Origin: a virus
Lineage: Duplodnaviria; Caudoviricetes
Strand: one strand, 5' to 3'
IMG/VR virus record: IMGVR_UViG_3300037603_000132
Span: 708-64,707 of that record
Length of the DNA stretch: 64,000 nucleotides
The first letter of the stretch is position 1. The number at the start of each line of letters is the position of its first letter. Below the pieces are notes generated by a model. It searched no databases, was not told where the DNA came from, and worked only from the letters and a program-made list of their open reading frames with translations. The position numbers and the translations under genes were made by a program. This document shows positions 47,576 to 56,455 of the stretch, piece by piece.

Positions 47576-48615
47576 CTCGCGCAACCGTGTTTCCCTATTT
47601 TGAGAACGCCGGACTCTTTGACGCAATCGCGGCCCGGCTGGCCCCTTTCGGTTTCCGGGATGTATCTTTCTCCGGCCTGCCGTGCCCGGCGTTGGAGTAT
47701 ATCACGCCAGACGGAGTCCCGGTTTCGGTCGCGGTTGACGGTATCACGGCCCGGGGCTTTCCGGCCCTTGACCCGTCGCGGCCCGTGCTGATCCAGTTGG
47801 ACGGAGTCGACGTGGGCCAGTTTGCGGACGTGGAGTCGTCCGTCGCGGCGGCCCTTGTGACTCTCCATTCGATCCGGGCTGATGCTTTCGGCATGGGCTT
47901 TGATTTCCCAATCTTGCGCGACCCGTCCTTTGCCCGGGCCGCCGAAACAATCCGCGATCTGAATAACGCCGGACTCCTTTGGCATATGGACGAGTCGCCG
48001 GACTCCATCGTTACCAGTATCGGCGGCGCGCGGCTCTTCACGCGGCAGCAATGCGAAACCTTGGAACGGGTCCGGGATTCATTGTGGGCCGTCAATTGGG
48101 GGGAAACCTTTGAAGATATTCACGGCTATTGCCTTCACGCGCAAGGGCACTGGCCCCTGCTAGGGGCGGAGTCCGGCGATCTCGACTCTTTCCTTGCGGC
48201 CCATTGCGCGCGGCGCGGTTTCCCACTGGACGGGTTGGACGCGGCCCGGGTTGATATGGGGGCCTTTCTGGCCCATGCCTTTTCCGGTCGCCGGGGCGAG
48301 ATAAGCCCTTTTGACGCGGCATACGTCGCGGACGAAACACTGGCGGATTGCATGGGCGGAAACCTCAATCTGCCGGGCTTCACATATCACGCGGCGGGGG
48401 GCGATTGCCGGGCATTGCGGGCCGTTCGGAATGGGATTGAATGGCTGATCTGCACTAGCGGCGACGGGGGCCAGATACCCGTTGCCGGGGCCGCCGGGAC
48501 TCTTTCCGCTTTCGACGTGGAGTCCGGCAACGAAAGGGGGGAATGGCATTTACCGCCGGGGGGCGTGACTCCGGGAGTCGTCCAGTACCTTATGGCGCGC
48601 CACGGCAGCCGATAG
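47572..48615 (+). CDS. Early hypothetical protein (last gene before the cos region)
   Basis: 347-aa ORF; coupled start. Confidence 0.65.
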   Translation: MTRATVFPYFENAGLFDAIAARLAPFGFRDVSFSGLPCPALEYITPDGVPVSVAVDGITARGFPALDPSRPVLIQLDGVDVGQFADVESSVAAALVTLHSIRADAFGMGFDFPILRDPSFARAAETIRDLNNAGLLWHMDESPDSIVTSIGGARLFTRQQCETLERVRDSLWAVNWGETFEDIHGYCLHAQGHWPLLGAESGDLDSFLAAHCARRGFPLDGLDAARVDMGAFLAHAFSGRRGEISPFDAAYVADETLADCMGGNLNLPGFTYHAAGGDCRALRAVRNGIEWLICTSGDGGQIPVAGAAGTLSAFDVESGNERGEWHLPPGGVTPGVVQYLMARHGSR

Positions 48616-48708
48616 AGCGCGCCACACAAGCCGATTGAACGCAAGCCGGGCCGTTGTGCCCGGCTTTCGCTTGTCCGGCCCATGGGCGGCCCTGCGGCGG
48701 CCCCTGCG

Positions 48709-49141
48709 GCGATCTCGTGGCCCGTGGTGGCCCATGCCCTAGCGGCGGCCCGTGGTGGCGATCTCGTGGCCCCTGCGGCGGCCCTGCGGCCCGTGGTGGC
48801 CCTTTCCCCTATCCCCTGACCTATGGCGGCCCCTGCGGCCCGGCTGGCCCCTGCCGTGCGATCTCGTGCCCGGCTGGCCCGTGGTGGCGACCTCGTGCCC
48901 GGCTGGCCCGTGGTGGCGATCTCGTGCCGGGGCGGGGCCAGGTAAAGCCGGGGCCAGGTGAAGCCGGGGCCAGGCACGGGGGGCGGACGTGGTGGCGCGA
49001 CTCCGTCCGGCGATCTCGTGCCGGGCTGGCCCCTGCCGTGCGATCTCGTGCCCGGCGATCTCGTGCCCGGGTGGAATGGGCAGGGGGCGGTTGACGGGTG
49101 GACGGGTGGACGTGGTGGACGGGTGGCCCGGCGATCTCGTG
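48709..49141 (+). repeat. Dispersed co-oriented GCGATCTCGTG repeats (8 exact, 1 variant)
   Basis: Copies at 48709, 48758, 48858, 48887 (variant), 48916, 49010, 49040, 49055 and 49131. Confidence 0.9.
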
Positions 49142-49301
49142 CCCGGGTGGACGGGTGGCCCGGCATTGAGGGGGGCGAGGGGCCGCCGGTCTAGCGCGCG
49201 TGGGATTGTCCCTGAATCCGGGAATAACTGTTCATTGGGTGATTCGTGGGCTTGTCAAGCCTTGACATTGGGTCCCATCCAGGCGAATCGGGCTGACGCG
49301 G

Positions 49302-49313
49302 GGTGCGCAGAGC
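49302..49313 (+). other. Putative cos site (GGTGCGCAGAGC)
   Basis: Exact 12-mer I recall as the cohesive end of phage chi and relatives; lies in the long non-coding gap between the early genes and the primase, as in chi-like genomes. Confidence 0.75.
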
Positions 49314-49640
49314 GCGATGTTAGACGATTCCGCACAGAACCCATAGGGCATCCGCCGATATGATGCGGTTCCCTTCATGTTGTGAGCCGATAATGTGAGC
49401 AAACCTAATGATTTAGGTGCAAATGCCCCAATAGTCCGTGCATCTATGCACAGGGGGTCCCTTGGTCTCGCGAGTGGCCGGGTGGCTGCTCCAGAACACA
49501 GGTCGGGTCAAGCGAAATCCAGCGGGCCGGTGCATTTTGTTCGGGGCGATCCGGCTGGCGATCTCGGGCCGTGGCTCCCGGATTCCGTTCTACCAAAAAT
49601 GGTTTTCCAGTCTGCCTAGAAGGACACCCGCCGGGCTAGG

Positions 49641-49908
49641 TGTTCCATTGTTCCGAGGTGTTCCATTGACCCGGAAATTTAATGGAACACCCTCAGACCC
49701 CTTATTTATATGGGGAAAACGGGTCCCTGTTCCATTGTTCTATTAGAATCTACAGAATTAGAAAATGAGATAGAGGGAGGGACCACTGGTTGTTTACCGA
49801 TTAAACTACAATGACTCGCCCCTCCCTTTCACTGGCCTCTATAGGGGAATCTAATGGAACACGAGAACACCCCCCGGTAAGCGGTTCCCAAACCCCTTAT
49901 TTATATGG
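49641..49908. repeat. Five TGTTCCATT copies in both orientations plus a duplicated ACCCCTTATTTATATGG
   Basis: Copies at 49641, 49659, 49681 (rc), 49728 and 49853 (rc); 17-mer at about 49697 and 49892. Confidence 0.8.
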
Positions 49909-50057
49909 CGATTTCGAGGGGTCGAGGTGTTCTAACAAATTTCGGCCCTCCAAGAGAACACCCCGGAATCCGGGCGCAAAAGCGCGGCAAGCGCGCCGGG
50001 CTACCCGGATTCCACCCAAATTCGGGACACAACAAAAACCGGATTGCGGAAAAAACG

Positions 50058-50082
50058 AAAAACCCGGCCTTTCAGCCGGGTT
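50058..50082 (-). terminator. Intrinsic terminator downstream of the primase
   Basis: aacccggc-ctttca-gccgggtt stem with a U tract on the minus strand. Confidence 0.7.
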
Positions 50083-50117
50083 CTACGAAAGCAGGAATTG
50101 CTCGGATTCGGAGTCTG

Positions 50118-52901
50118 TCAGCCCAGCAGATCGTCAATCTCGGCGGCCTCGTCGGCCTCGTTTTCCGCCGGAGCCTCGATCCAACGCGGCCCATCGCTGT
50201 TGCGGAAGAACCACACGGCGTTCTGCCCGTGGCGGCGCTTCTTCGGCATTTCCGTCCAGCCCGCGATCAGCTTGAGAGCCTTTCCGTAGGTCCGGGCGTC
50301 CGCGTTGCGATAGGGCTGGAGGATGGGGTCCAGACGCACGGCCTCATAGGCTTCGCGAGCCGTCACCATGTTCCGGTACACCAGGCGCTCGTCGTCGTCG
50401 TCCGCCGCGAAGCCGTCCGCGTCCACGATCACGTCGGTGGCCTTGTAGGGCGTGTCCAGCCACTCCTGGATCACCTCTGCGATGGTCTCGGTCGCCGTGT
50501 GGCGGCGGTTGCGCTCTGCGATCTGGCGCTGCTCGATGATCGCCTCGCGATCCTTGAGGCCGAGGTGCAGCGGCTTGGTTCCGGCGGCCTCGCGGGCGTC
50601 CAGGTAGGCTTGATACGCCTCGCCCCAGATCATCGCCCGGTTCGAGATCAGGAGGTCCTGGTCGATCTGGTCATACTCGTCGCCTTTGGCCTCCCAGACC
50701 CAGAAGCGGCGGACGGAGGTGGGATCGCTCAGAAAGTCGTCGTCGTTCGAGGTGGCCGCCATGACGGACTGGCGCGGGAAAGACATCTCCCGCCGCCCGT
50801 AGGCCAGGCGGATCGTGTCCTGCTGGGCGGAGAGGAAGTCCTTGACGACGTTGTTGTCGCCCCGGGCCTTCGACATCTCCGCGACCTCCATGAGCCAGTT
50901 GCCCCGCATCTGTTCGACGGCGCGGTCGATCTTCTCCATGTCCACGCGGAACTCGGAGAAGAACGCATCGGTCACGAGGTTGCGCAGGAAGGTCGATTTA
51001 CCGGCCCCTGTGAGGCCGCGCACGATCAACATCTGGTCGAATTTGCAGCCCGGCTCGTAGATGCGCGCCACCATGCCCATGAGGAAGAGCCGCGAGGACT
51101 CCCGGTGAAAGATCGTGTCGAGGCAGCCGAGGTAGGTCTGCGGCAGGCTGTTGATGTAGCCCGTCGGGGAGCCTGCGGCTTTCCACTCCTCCCAATGCCC
51201 CTCGATCATGTCCTTGACCGGGTGGATGGTGTTCTGCCGCCCAGCGGCCAGCACGGCGTCCTGGACGTTCTGGGTGGAGAAGTCGGTCTCGAACCCGGCC
51301 CGCCCCATGTTCGCGGAGCAGATCAGCTTGATCGACGTGTCGTCCGCGTCGGTCCAGCGCCGCCCGATCTTCTGCTCGATCTTGTTGAGCGGCGGCGAGG
51401 GCAGCTTGATCTTGGAGGACCTGATCTGCTTGAGGCAAACCGGGTCCATGGTGAACTCGTTGTAGCCGATTGCGTCACGCAACCGGGAATCGTTCTCGCA
51501 GATCAGGGTGACGTTGTTCAGGACCGGCTCCAGGTCGCCGTTGGCCTTCTTGCGAAGGTGGATCGACCAGCCCGTGCCCTTCTCCTTTTTCTTCTTCTTC
51601 TTGGGCTTCTCCTCCTCGTCCTCGTCGTCATCATCGAACTCGTCAGCGATGTCGCGCGGCCCGTCGCTCGCGCCGTCGTCATCGCCCGGCGCGGGGCCGA
51701 GGAGGTCGTCCAGATCGGAGTCCGCGGACTCGGATTTCCGGGGCTTGTCGCCCGGCCCATCGTCGTCGGGATCGTCGTCGTCCTCGTCCTCGTCGTCATC
51801 GAACTCGTCGCGCAGGTAGGAGAACAACTCGGCGGCAACCGCCTGATCCTCGTTCGCGAACTTGCTCATGGCCTTGAAGGACGGCAGGTTGGCGGGTGAG
51901 GTGTTGGCGGGGGACTTCTCGTCCAGGTGGCCGAACTTGTGGAGCCGCACGAGGTCGAAGGCGTTATGCAGGCCCTCCGCCGGGTCGGTCCCGTGGTTGG
52001 AGTGGAGGAACAGCCCGTCGTCATAGACCACGGCCCCGTTCGACCCCGAGCCTCCGGTGTAGGTGTAACGCGTCTCCGTTGCGCTCGTGCCCGGCGCGTA
52101 GATGTCGTCCAGGAACTCCGCAATCGCCTCCTCGACATCGTAGGCGCGGCAGAAGGCCCCGATCACCCCCGGCTTCTCGTGGGGATGCTCCATCTTGCGG
52201 TTGGGATCGACAACCCCGCGCTCGCGCTCGTCCTCCTGGTAAGGCAGGTAGGTGTAGTCCTCCCAGCCGTCATGCTGGGCCAGGTACTCGTCCACGTCGA
52301 GGATCGCGCCGCCCGGGTTGTCCTCCATCCAGTATTCCTGGCCCTTGGAGATCGAGGGCTTGAACATGACTTGGTTGAAGCGGAAGGAGACGAGATCGGG
52401 AATCTCGATAGCCTCGTCGGGATCGTCGGCCAGTTCGAGGGCCACCAGGCGGGTCAGCGCGTGGGTCTCGGTCGCGTCCATCGGTCGGCTGACCGGGATG
52501 ATGATGCGGACGCGCGGCTTCTCCGGGCAATGCGCCCGGGTCGTGTGCATGATCCAGTACCATTGGCTGATCTCGGCCAGCCCGAGGCGGATATGGTCAA
52601 GCTGGTCGATGGACACATAGTCCAGATCGAACGCGAGCATCGTCCGGTACTTCTGGTGGTCCAGCTTGCGCTTCCCGTCGCGGAAGTGCGCGGCCATCCA
52701 GTAGCCCGGGTATCGCTTCTTCTCCAGCTTGGCGTCCTGGTCCAGCGCCATGTACTGCGCGAAGGTGACGGACGTATCCACCATCGGCTCGGCCAGCAGG
52801 CGCTTGAAGCGCGCAAGGGTGGATTCCCGGTTCTTCACGCGCCCGAGGCCGGAGCCGGTGTTCACGCAATACTTGACCAGGTGGTTTTCGATGTCGCTCA
52901 T
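50118..52901 (-). CDS. Primase / VapE-like helicase (virulence-associated E domain)
   Basis: AFDLD, HTTRAH...RVRIIIP primase motifs; PGCKFDQMLIVRGLTGAGKST; RRFWV. Confidence 0.9.
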   Translation of the reverse strand: MSDIENHLVKYCVNTGSGLGRVKNRESTLARFKRLLAEPMVDTSVTFAQYMALDQDAKLEKKRYPGYWMAAHFRDGKRKLDHQKYRTMLAFDLDYVSIDQLDHIRLGLAEISQWYWIMHTTRAHCPEKPRVRIIIPVSRPMDATETHALTRLVALELADDPDEAIEIPDLVSFRFNQVMFKPSISKGQEYWMEDNPGGAILDVDEYLAQHDGWEDYTYLPYQEDERERGVVDPNRKMEHPHEKPGVIGAFCRAYDVEEAIAEFLDDIYAPGTSATETRYTYTGGSGSNGAVVYDDGLFLHSNHGTDPAEGLHNAFDLVRLHKFGHLDEKSPANTSPANLPSFKAMSKFANEDQAVAAELFSYLRDEFDDDEDEDDDDPDDDGPGDKPRKSESADSDLDDLLGPAPGDDDGASDGPRDIADEFDDDDEDEEEKPKKKKKKEKGTGWSIHLRKKANGDLEPVLNNVTLICENDSRLRDAIGYNEFTMDPVCLKQIRSSKIKLPSPPLNKIEQKIGRRWTDADDTSIKLICSANMGRAGFETDFSTQNVQDAVLAAGRQNTIHPVKDMIEGHWEEWKAAGSPTGYINSLPQTYLGCLDTIFHRESSRLFLMGMVARIYEPGCKFDQMLIVRGLTGAGKSTFLRNLVTDAFFSEFRVDMEKIDRAVEQMRGNWLMEVAEMSKARGDNNVVKDFLSAQQDTIRLAYGRREMSFPRQSVMAATSNDDDFLSDPTSVRRFWVWEAKGDEYDQIDQDLLISNRAMIWGEAYQAYLDAREAAGTKPLHLGLKDREAIIEQRQIAERNRRHTATETIAEVIQEWLDTPYKATDVIVDADGFAADDDDERLVYRNMVTAREAYEAVRLDPILQPYRNADARTYGKALKLIAGWTEMPKKRRHGQNAVWFFRNSDGPRWIEAPAENEADEAAEIDDLLG

Positions 52902-52947
52902 GTGGCGGTCTCCGGGCGTAGGAAAAAGGGCGGCTCAGTCGAGGCCC

Positions 52948-53298
52948 TTAGCCCAGCAGATCGTCCAGGTTCTCCTCCGGCGTCTCGGCCTCTTCGGGGG
53001 CCGCGTAGAGCGCGTAGTCGGGCAGGATGAACTCCACGAGATCGCACCAGTAGATCGGCTTTGCGCCTTTGGTCTCGCGGGAGGCCAGGATGATTCGACG
53101 CGCGACCCGAGTGCCGAGCGGTCCCTGCTCGCGGAGGGCCTTGTAGACGGTCTCGTTTGCGAAGCCGATGATCTTGGCGAACGCCTGCACGTCAAAGGCA
53201 TTACGGTCGGTTTTCAGGTGGGGGAACCGGGCAAAAAGCAGATCGTAGAGATCACCGAAAGCGTGGTCCCGGCGGGGCGTGGCGTTGGGTCGGAACAT
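52948..53298 (-). CDS. Cro-like HTH protein
   Basis: DVQAFAKIIGFANETVYKAL; divergent from the replication operon. Confidence 0.65.
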   Translation of the reverse strand: MFRPNATPRRDHAFGDLYDLLFARFPHLKTDRNAFDVQAFAKIIGFANETVYKALREQGPLGTRVARRIILASRETKGAKPIYWCDLVEFILPDYALYAAPEEAETPEENLDDLLG

Positions 53299-53463
53299 GC
53301 CTGTCTGTCCTCTGTGTGGGGGAAACGTCTTTCAGTCATAGCAGATTGGACCCTAAAAAGGAAAGATCACTTTTCAGTTGAATATGAAGCAGGCCCGAGG
53401 CTATGTTGGGGTCACTGGCAGATTCGCCACTGAGCAAAAACCACCCCTTGAGGAGCGACCCCC

Positions 53464-54048
53464 ATGAGCCTTGAAGAAGCACTGCGCGAGAACACCGCCG
53501 CGCTGAAAGAGAACACCGCCGCCCACGCCAAGCTGGCCGAAGTGGCTATGGCCGCAGCAGGCGGCAAGCCCGCCGCCGAGACCAAGACCACCAAAGCGAC
53601 CGAGAACAAGGCCGCCGAGGAGTCCTCCGACGACGAAGAAAAGACCGAGACCGCCGCCGAGAAGAAGAAGCGCCTGGCCGCCGAGAAGAAGGCCGCCGCC
53701 GAGAAGAAGGCAGCAGCCGAGAAGAAGGCCGCCGACAAGAAGAAGGCCGCCGACAAGCCTGATCCGGTCGCTGAGATCGACGCCGCCGGGCTGCACAAGA
53801 TCGCTGCCGCCTTCCTCAAGGGCGACGACGAAGAGGCCCGGGACGCCAACAAGGCGAACTTCGTGGGCGCTCTGTCGCACATCGGCGCGGCCAAGCTGGG
53901 CGAGATCGAGACGGACGCAGATCGCGGTCGCCTTGCCACCTACATCGCCTACTGGACCGCCGGTCTCGATGTGGACTTTGAAGAGATCGACGCCCTCGTT
54001 GAAGCTGCCGGTTCTGGCGGCTCCGAGGACGACGACCTGCTGGGCTAA
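53464..54048 (+). CDS. Ala/Lys-rich low-complexity protein
   Basis: AAEKKAAAEKK repeats; ends DDDLLG. Confidence 0.75.
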   Translation: MSLEEALRENTAALKENTAAHAKLAEVAMAAAGGKPAAETKTTKATENKAAEESSDDEEKTETAAEKKKRLAAEKKAAAEKKAAAEKKAADKKKAADKPDPVAEIDAAGLHKIAAAFLKGDDEEARDANKANFVGALSHIGAAKLGEIETDADRGRLATYIAYWTAGLDVDFEEIDALVEAAGSGGSEDDDLLG

Positions 54049-54125
54049 CCACGCCCAGCATCGCGGCTGCCCCGGTCTACTGCTCGGGGCCGGGGCAGCC
54101 CCCACCACCCAAGAGAAGGTCCGCC

Positions 54126-54272
54126 ATGACCGCATACGATGCCGGTTTTGACGCATACCGCGCCGGGAAGCCGGAGAGCGAGAACCCCTACTGCCCGATG
54201 GGGCAGGAGACCGAATTTCTGGAGTGGGGAGACGGCTGGAAAGACGCCTCCGAGTCCCCCGAGATGACCTGA
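54126..54272 (+). CDS. Small Rmf/CrpP-like protein
   Basis: Hand translation AYDAGFDAY...NPY...EWGDGWKDA; RBS agaagg. Confidence 0.55.
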   Translation: MTAYDAGFDAYRAGKPESENPYCPMGQETEFLEWGDGWKDASESPEMT

Positions 54273-54281
54273 GAGGCAGCC

Positions 54282-55034
54282 ATGACCCGACCCGACACCA
54301 ACCCCAAATCCGTTTTCGGCGCGGCCAAGCCGGGTATCTCCGCGATCCCGCCGGTCGCGCTTCTGCATTGTGGGCGCGGCATGGAGGACGGCGAGCGCAA
54401 ATACGGCCTGACCAACTGGCGCGAGAACAGCGTGGCCGCCTCGGTCTACTACAACGCGGCCTTCCGGCACCTCGCGTCCTGGTGGGACGGCGAGCAGAAG
54501 GCGCAGGACTCCGGGGTTCACCACCTCGGGCACGTCATGGCCTGCTGCGCGATCCTGCTGGACGCCGAGGTCCAGGGGGTCCTCATTGACGACCGCCCGC
54601 CGGTCCCCGGCCAGTTCTCCCGCATGGTCGCGGAGATGACGCGGAAGATCGAGGAGGCCGCCAAAAGCGACCTTTGCGAGGACGAAGGCTGCCCCCACCA
54701 CGGGACGCCGCATATCTGCGTCAACTCCATCTTGCCGGAGGGGTTCGAGGACCGGCTGATGGCCGCCATGGGGGTCCCCGGGCGTCTGTTGGCTGCTGAC
54801 AACTCCGACGAGGCCCCCGCCGCCGTTGCCGTGGGCCGGGAGTTCAAGTCCGAGGAAGAGTTCAAGAGTTTCGTGAGGGACTTTCTGGCGTACACCATGC
54901 CGGGCTTCTCCGCGCGCCGGATGTACGTGTTCAAGTGGCTGGACGCCAACAACTACGACCGGGTGGCCGAGGTCGCCAAAGGCCAATGGCGCGAGTTGGC
55001 GAACCACCTCAACCAGTACGAGGCCGCCGACTGA
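54282..55034 (+). CDS. dATP/dGTP diphosphohydrolase-domain protein (DUF5664-like) with a C-terminal extension
   Basis: NPK...KPG...G..KYG..NWR...AAFRHL..W..GE..DSGVHHLGHVMAC. Confidence 0.85.
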   Translation: MTRPDTNPKSVFGAAKPGISAIPPVALLHCGRGMEDGERKYGLTNWRENSVAASVYYNAAFRHLASWWDGEQKAQDSGVHHLGHVMACCAILLDAEVQGVLIDDRPPVPGQFSRMVAEMTRKIEEAAKSDLCEDEGCPHHGTPHICVNSILPEGFEDRLMAAMGVPGRLLAADNSDEAPAAVAVGREFKSEEEFKSFVRDFLAYTMPGFSARRMYVFKWLDANNYDRVAEVAKGQWRELANHLNQYEAAD

Positions 55035-55035
55035 C

Positions 55036-56400
55036 ATGGCCCACCGGCCCCTCACCAGCGAAGAGTGGCAGGCCGAGGTCTCCGAGTGGTTGAAGGATCA
55101 CAAGGGGGTCGAGGACAAGCCGGGCCGGGCCGCCAAGCCCGCCCACTCTTGGATGTCGCCCTCCAGCATCAGCCGGGGGATCGCGTGTCCGGGGTCCATG
55201 GCGCTCTGCGCGGAGATCAGCGAGCGGGAGGCCACGGTCTACTCCGCCGAGGGGACGGTCGCCCACTACGTCCGGGAGATGTGCCTGGAGTTCGACATGG
55301 AGCCGGACGACTTCGTGGGCATGTCGATGAAAGCCGACGGATTCTCTTTCGAGATCACCGAGGAGATGGCGGACAACCTGCGCCCGGGGATCGAGCGGAT
55401 CAGGGAGCGGCCCGGAAAGCTGTTCATCGAGTACCAGGTCAACCTCGACCGCTGGATGCCCGGGCAGTACGGCAAGCTGGACGTGGGGATCGTTTCCCCC
55501 TCGCTGATCGAGGTCAATGACCTGAAATACGGGGCCGGGATGCCGGTCTCCGCCGAGCGCAACGAGCAGCTTATGGCCTATGCGCTGGGCTTCTGGGAGA
55601 ACGTGGCCCGCCACATCTCCGAGGCTACCGAGTTCCTTCTGGTGGTGGATCAACCGCGCGCTAGAGGACGGCCAGACCAAGAAGAGGAGGACTTTGACGA
55701 TGAAGAAGATTTAGAGGCCGACGAGGCAGATCAGACTCCGGGGTGGGGAGGGGAGTGGCGCGTGTCGCTGCCGGAACTCCTCACTTTCGGGGACAAGATG
55801 AAAGACGCCTATGACGCGGCGATCTCTCCCGACGCCTGGCTGCGCGCTGGCCCCCATTGCCAGTTCTGCCCCCGCAAGGGGTCGTGCGACGAGCAGGCCC
55901 GGTACGCCCTGTCCCTGCTGCAAATCGAACTGCACGACCTGGACCCCGATGTCATCACGCTTCGGGATCACGGCGAGTTCACCGCGCAGCAGAAGGTCAA
56001 CCTGGCGCTCAACATCGACCGCGTGACCGCGTGGATGAAGGCGGTCTACGCCTCGATCCTCGGGGAAGCCCGGGCTGGCGGCCACGCCCCCGGCGCGAAA
56101 GTGGTGGAGGGCAGCCAAGGCCCGCGCAAGTGGCGCGACGAGAAAGCCGCGCTGGCCTTCATGCAAGATTATCTTCCGAAACCCGAGGACGCCTTTGCCC
56201 CGGCAAAGCCGCTGTCTCCGGCCAAGTTCGAGAAGATCAAAGGGATTCCCAAGGAGGCCAAAGCGGCGGTGAACGATCACGTCGTCAGGTCGCCCGGGAA
56301 GCCTGCCCTGGTCAGGGCAGGAGACTCAAGGAGGGCAATCGACATCGCGGACGAGTTCGATGACGACGACGAGGACGATGTTGACGATCTGCTGTCCTAA
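55036..56400 (+). CDS. DUF2800 Cas4-like PD-(D/E)xK nuclease
   Basis: SPSS...CPGS, EGTVAH, GKLDVG, VNDLKYG, HCQFCP. Confidence 0.88.
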   Translation: MAHRPLTSEEWQAEVSEWLKDHKGVEDKPGRAAKPAHSWMSPSSISRGIACPGSMALCAEISEREATVYSAEGTVAHYVREMCLEFDMEPDDFVGMSMKADGFSFEITEEMADNLRPGIERIRERPGKLFIEYQVNLDRWMPGQYGKLDVGIVSPSLIEVNDLKYGAGMPVSAERNEQLMAYALGFWENVARHISEATEFLLVVDQPRARGRPDQEEEDFDDEEDLEADEADQTPGWGGEWRVSLPELLTFGDKMKDAYDAAISPDAWLRAGPHCQFCPRKGSCDEQARYALSLLQIELHDLDPDVITLRDHGEFTAQQKVNLALNIDRVTAWMKAVYASILGEARAGGHAPGAKVVEGSQGPRKWRDEKAALAFMQDYLPKPEDAFAPAKPLSPAKFEKIKGIPKEAKAAVNDHVVRSPGKPALVRAGDSRRAIDIADEFDDDDEDDVDDLLS

Positions 56401-56402
56401 AA

Positions 56403-56419
56403 TTCACCCAAAAGGTGAA
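56403..56419. promoter_or_regulatory. Operator upstream of SSB
   Basis: ttcacc-caaaa-ggtgaa (perfect palindromic arms). Confidence 0.7.
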
Positions 56420-56455
56420 AAAGACGGAAAAACGTGAAAACGAAAGGACGAAAAA

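Noticed and set aside
39107-49085. Perfect KOPS octamers GGGCAGGG at 39107, 42637 and 49078
   Set aside because: Roughly 15 per strand are expected by chance at this GC content, and one also occurs at 10525; not significant alone.
27911-55034. Z-genome or 7-deazaguanine modification system
   Set aside because: No purZ, queC/D/E, folE or dpdA-like gene was recognised.
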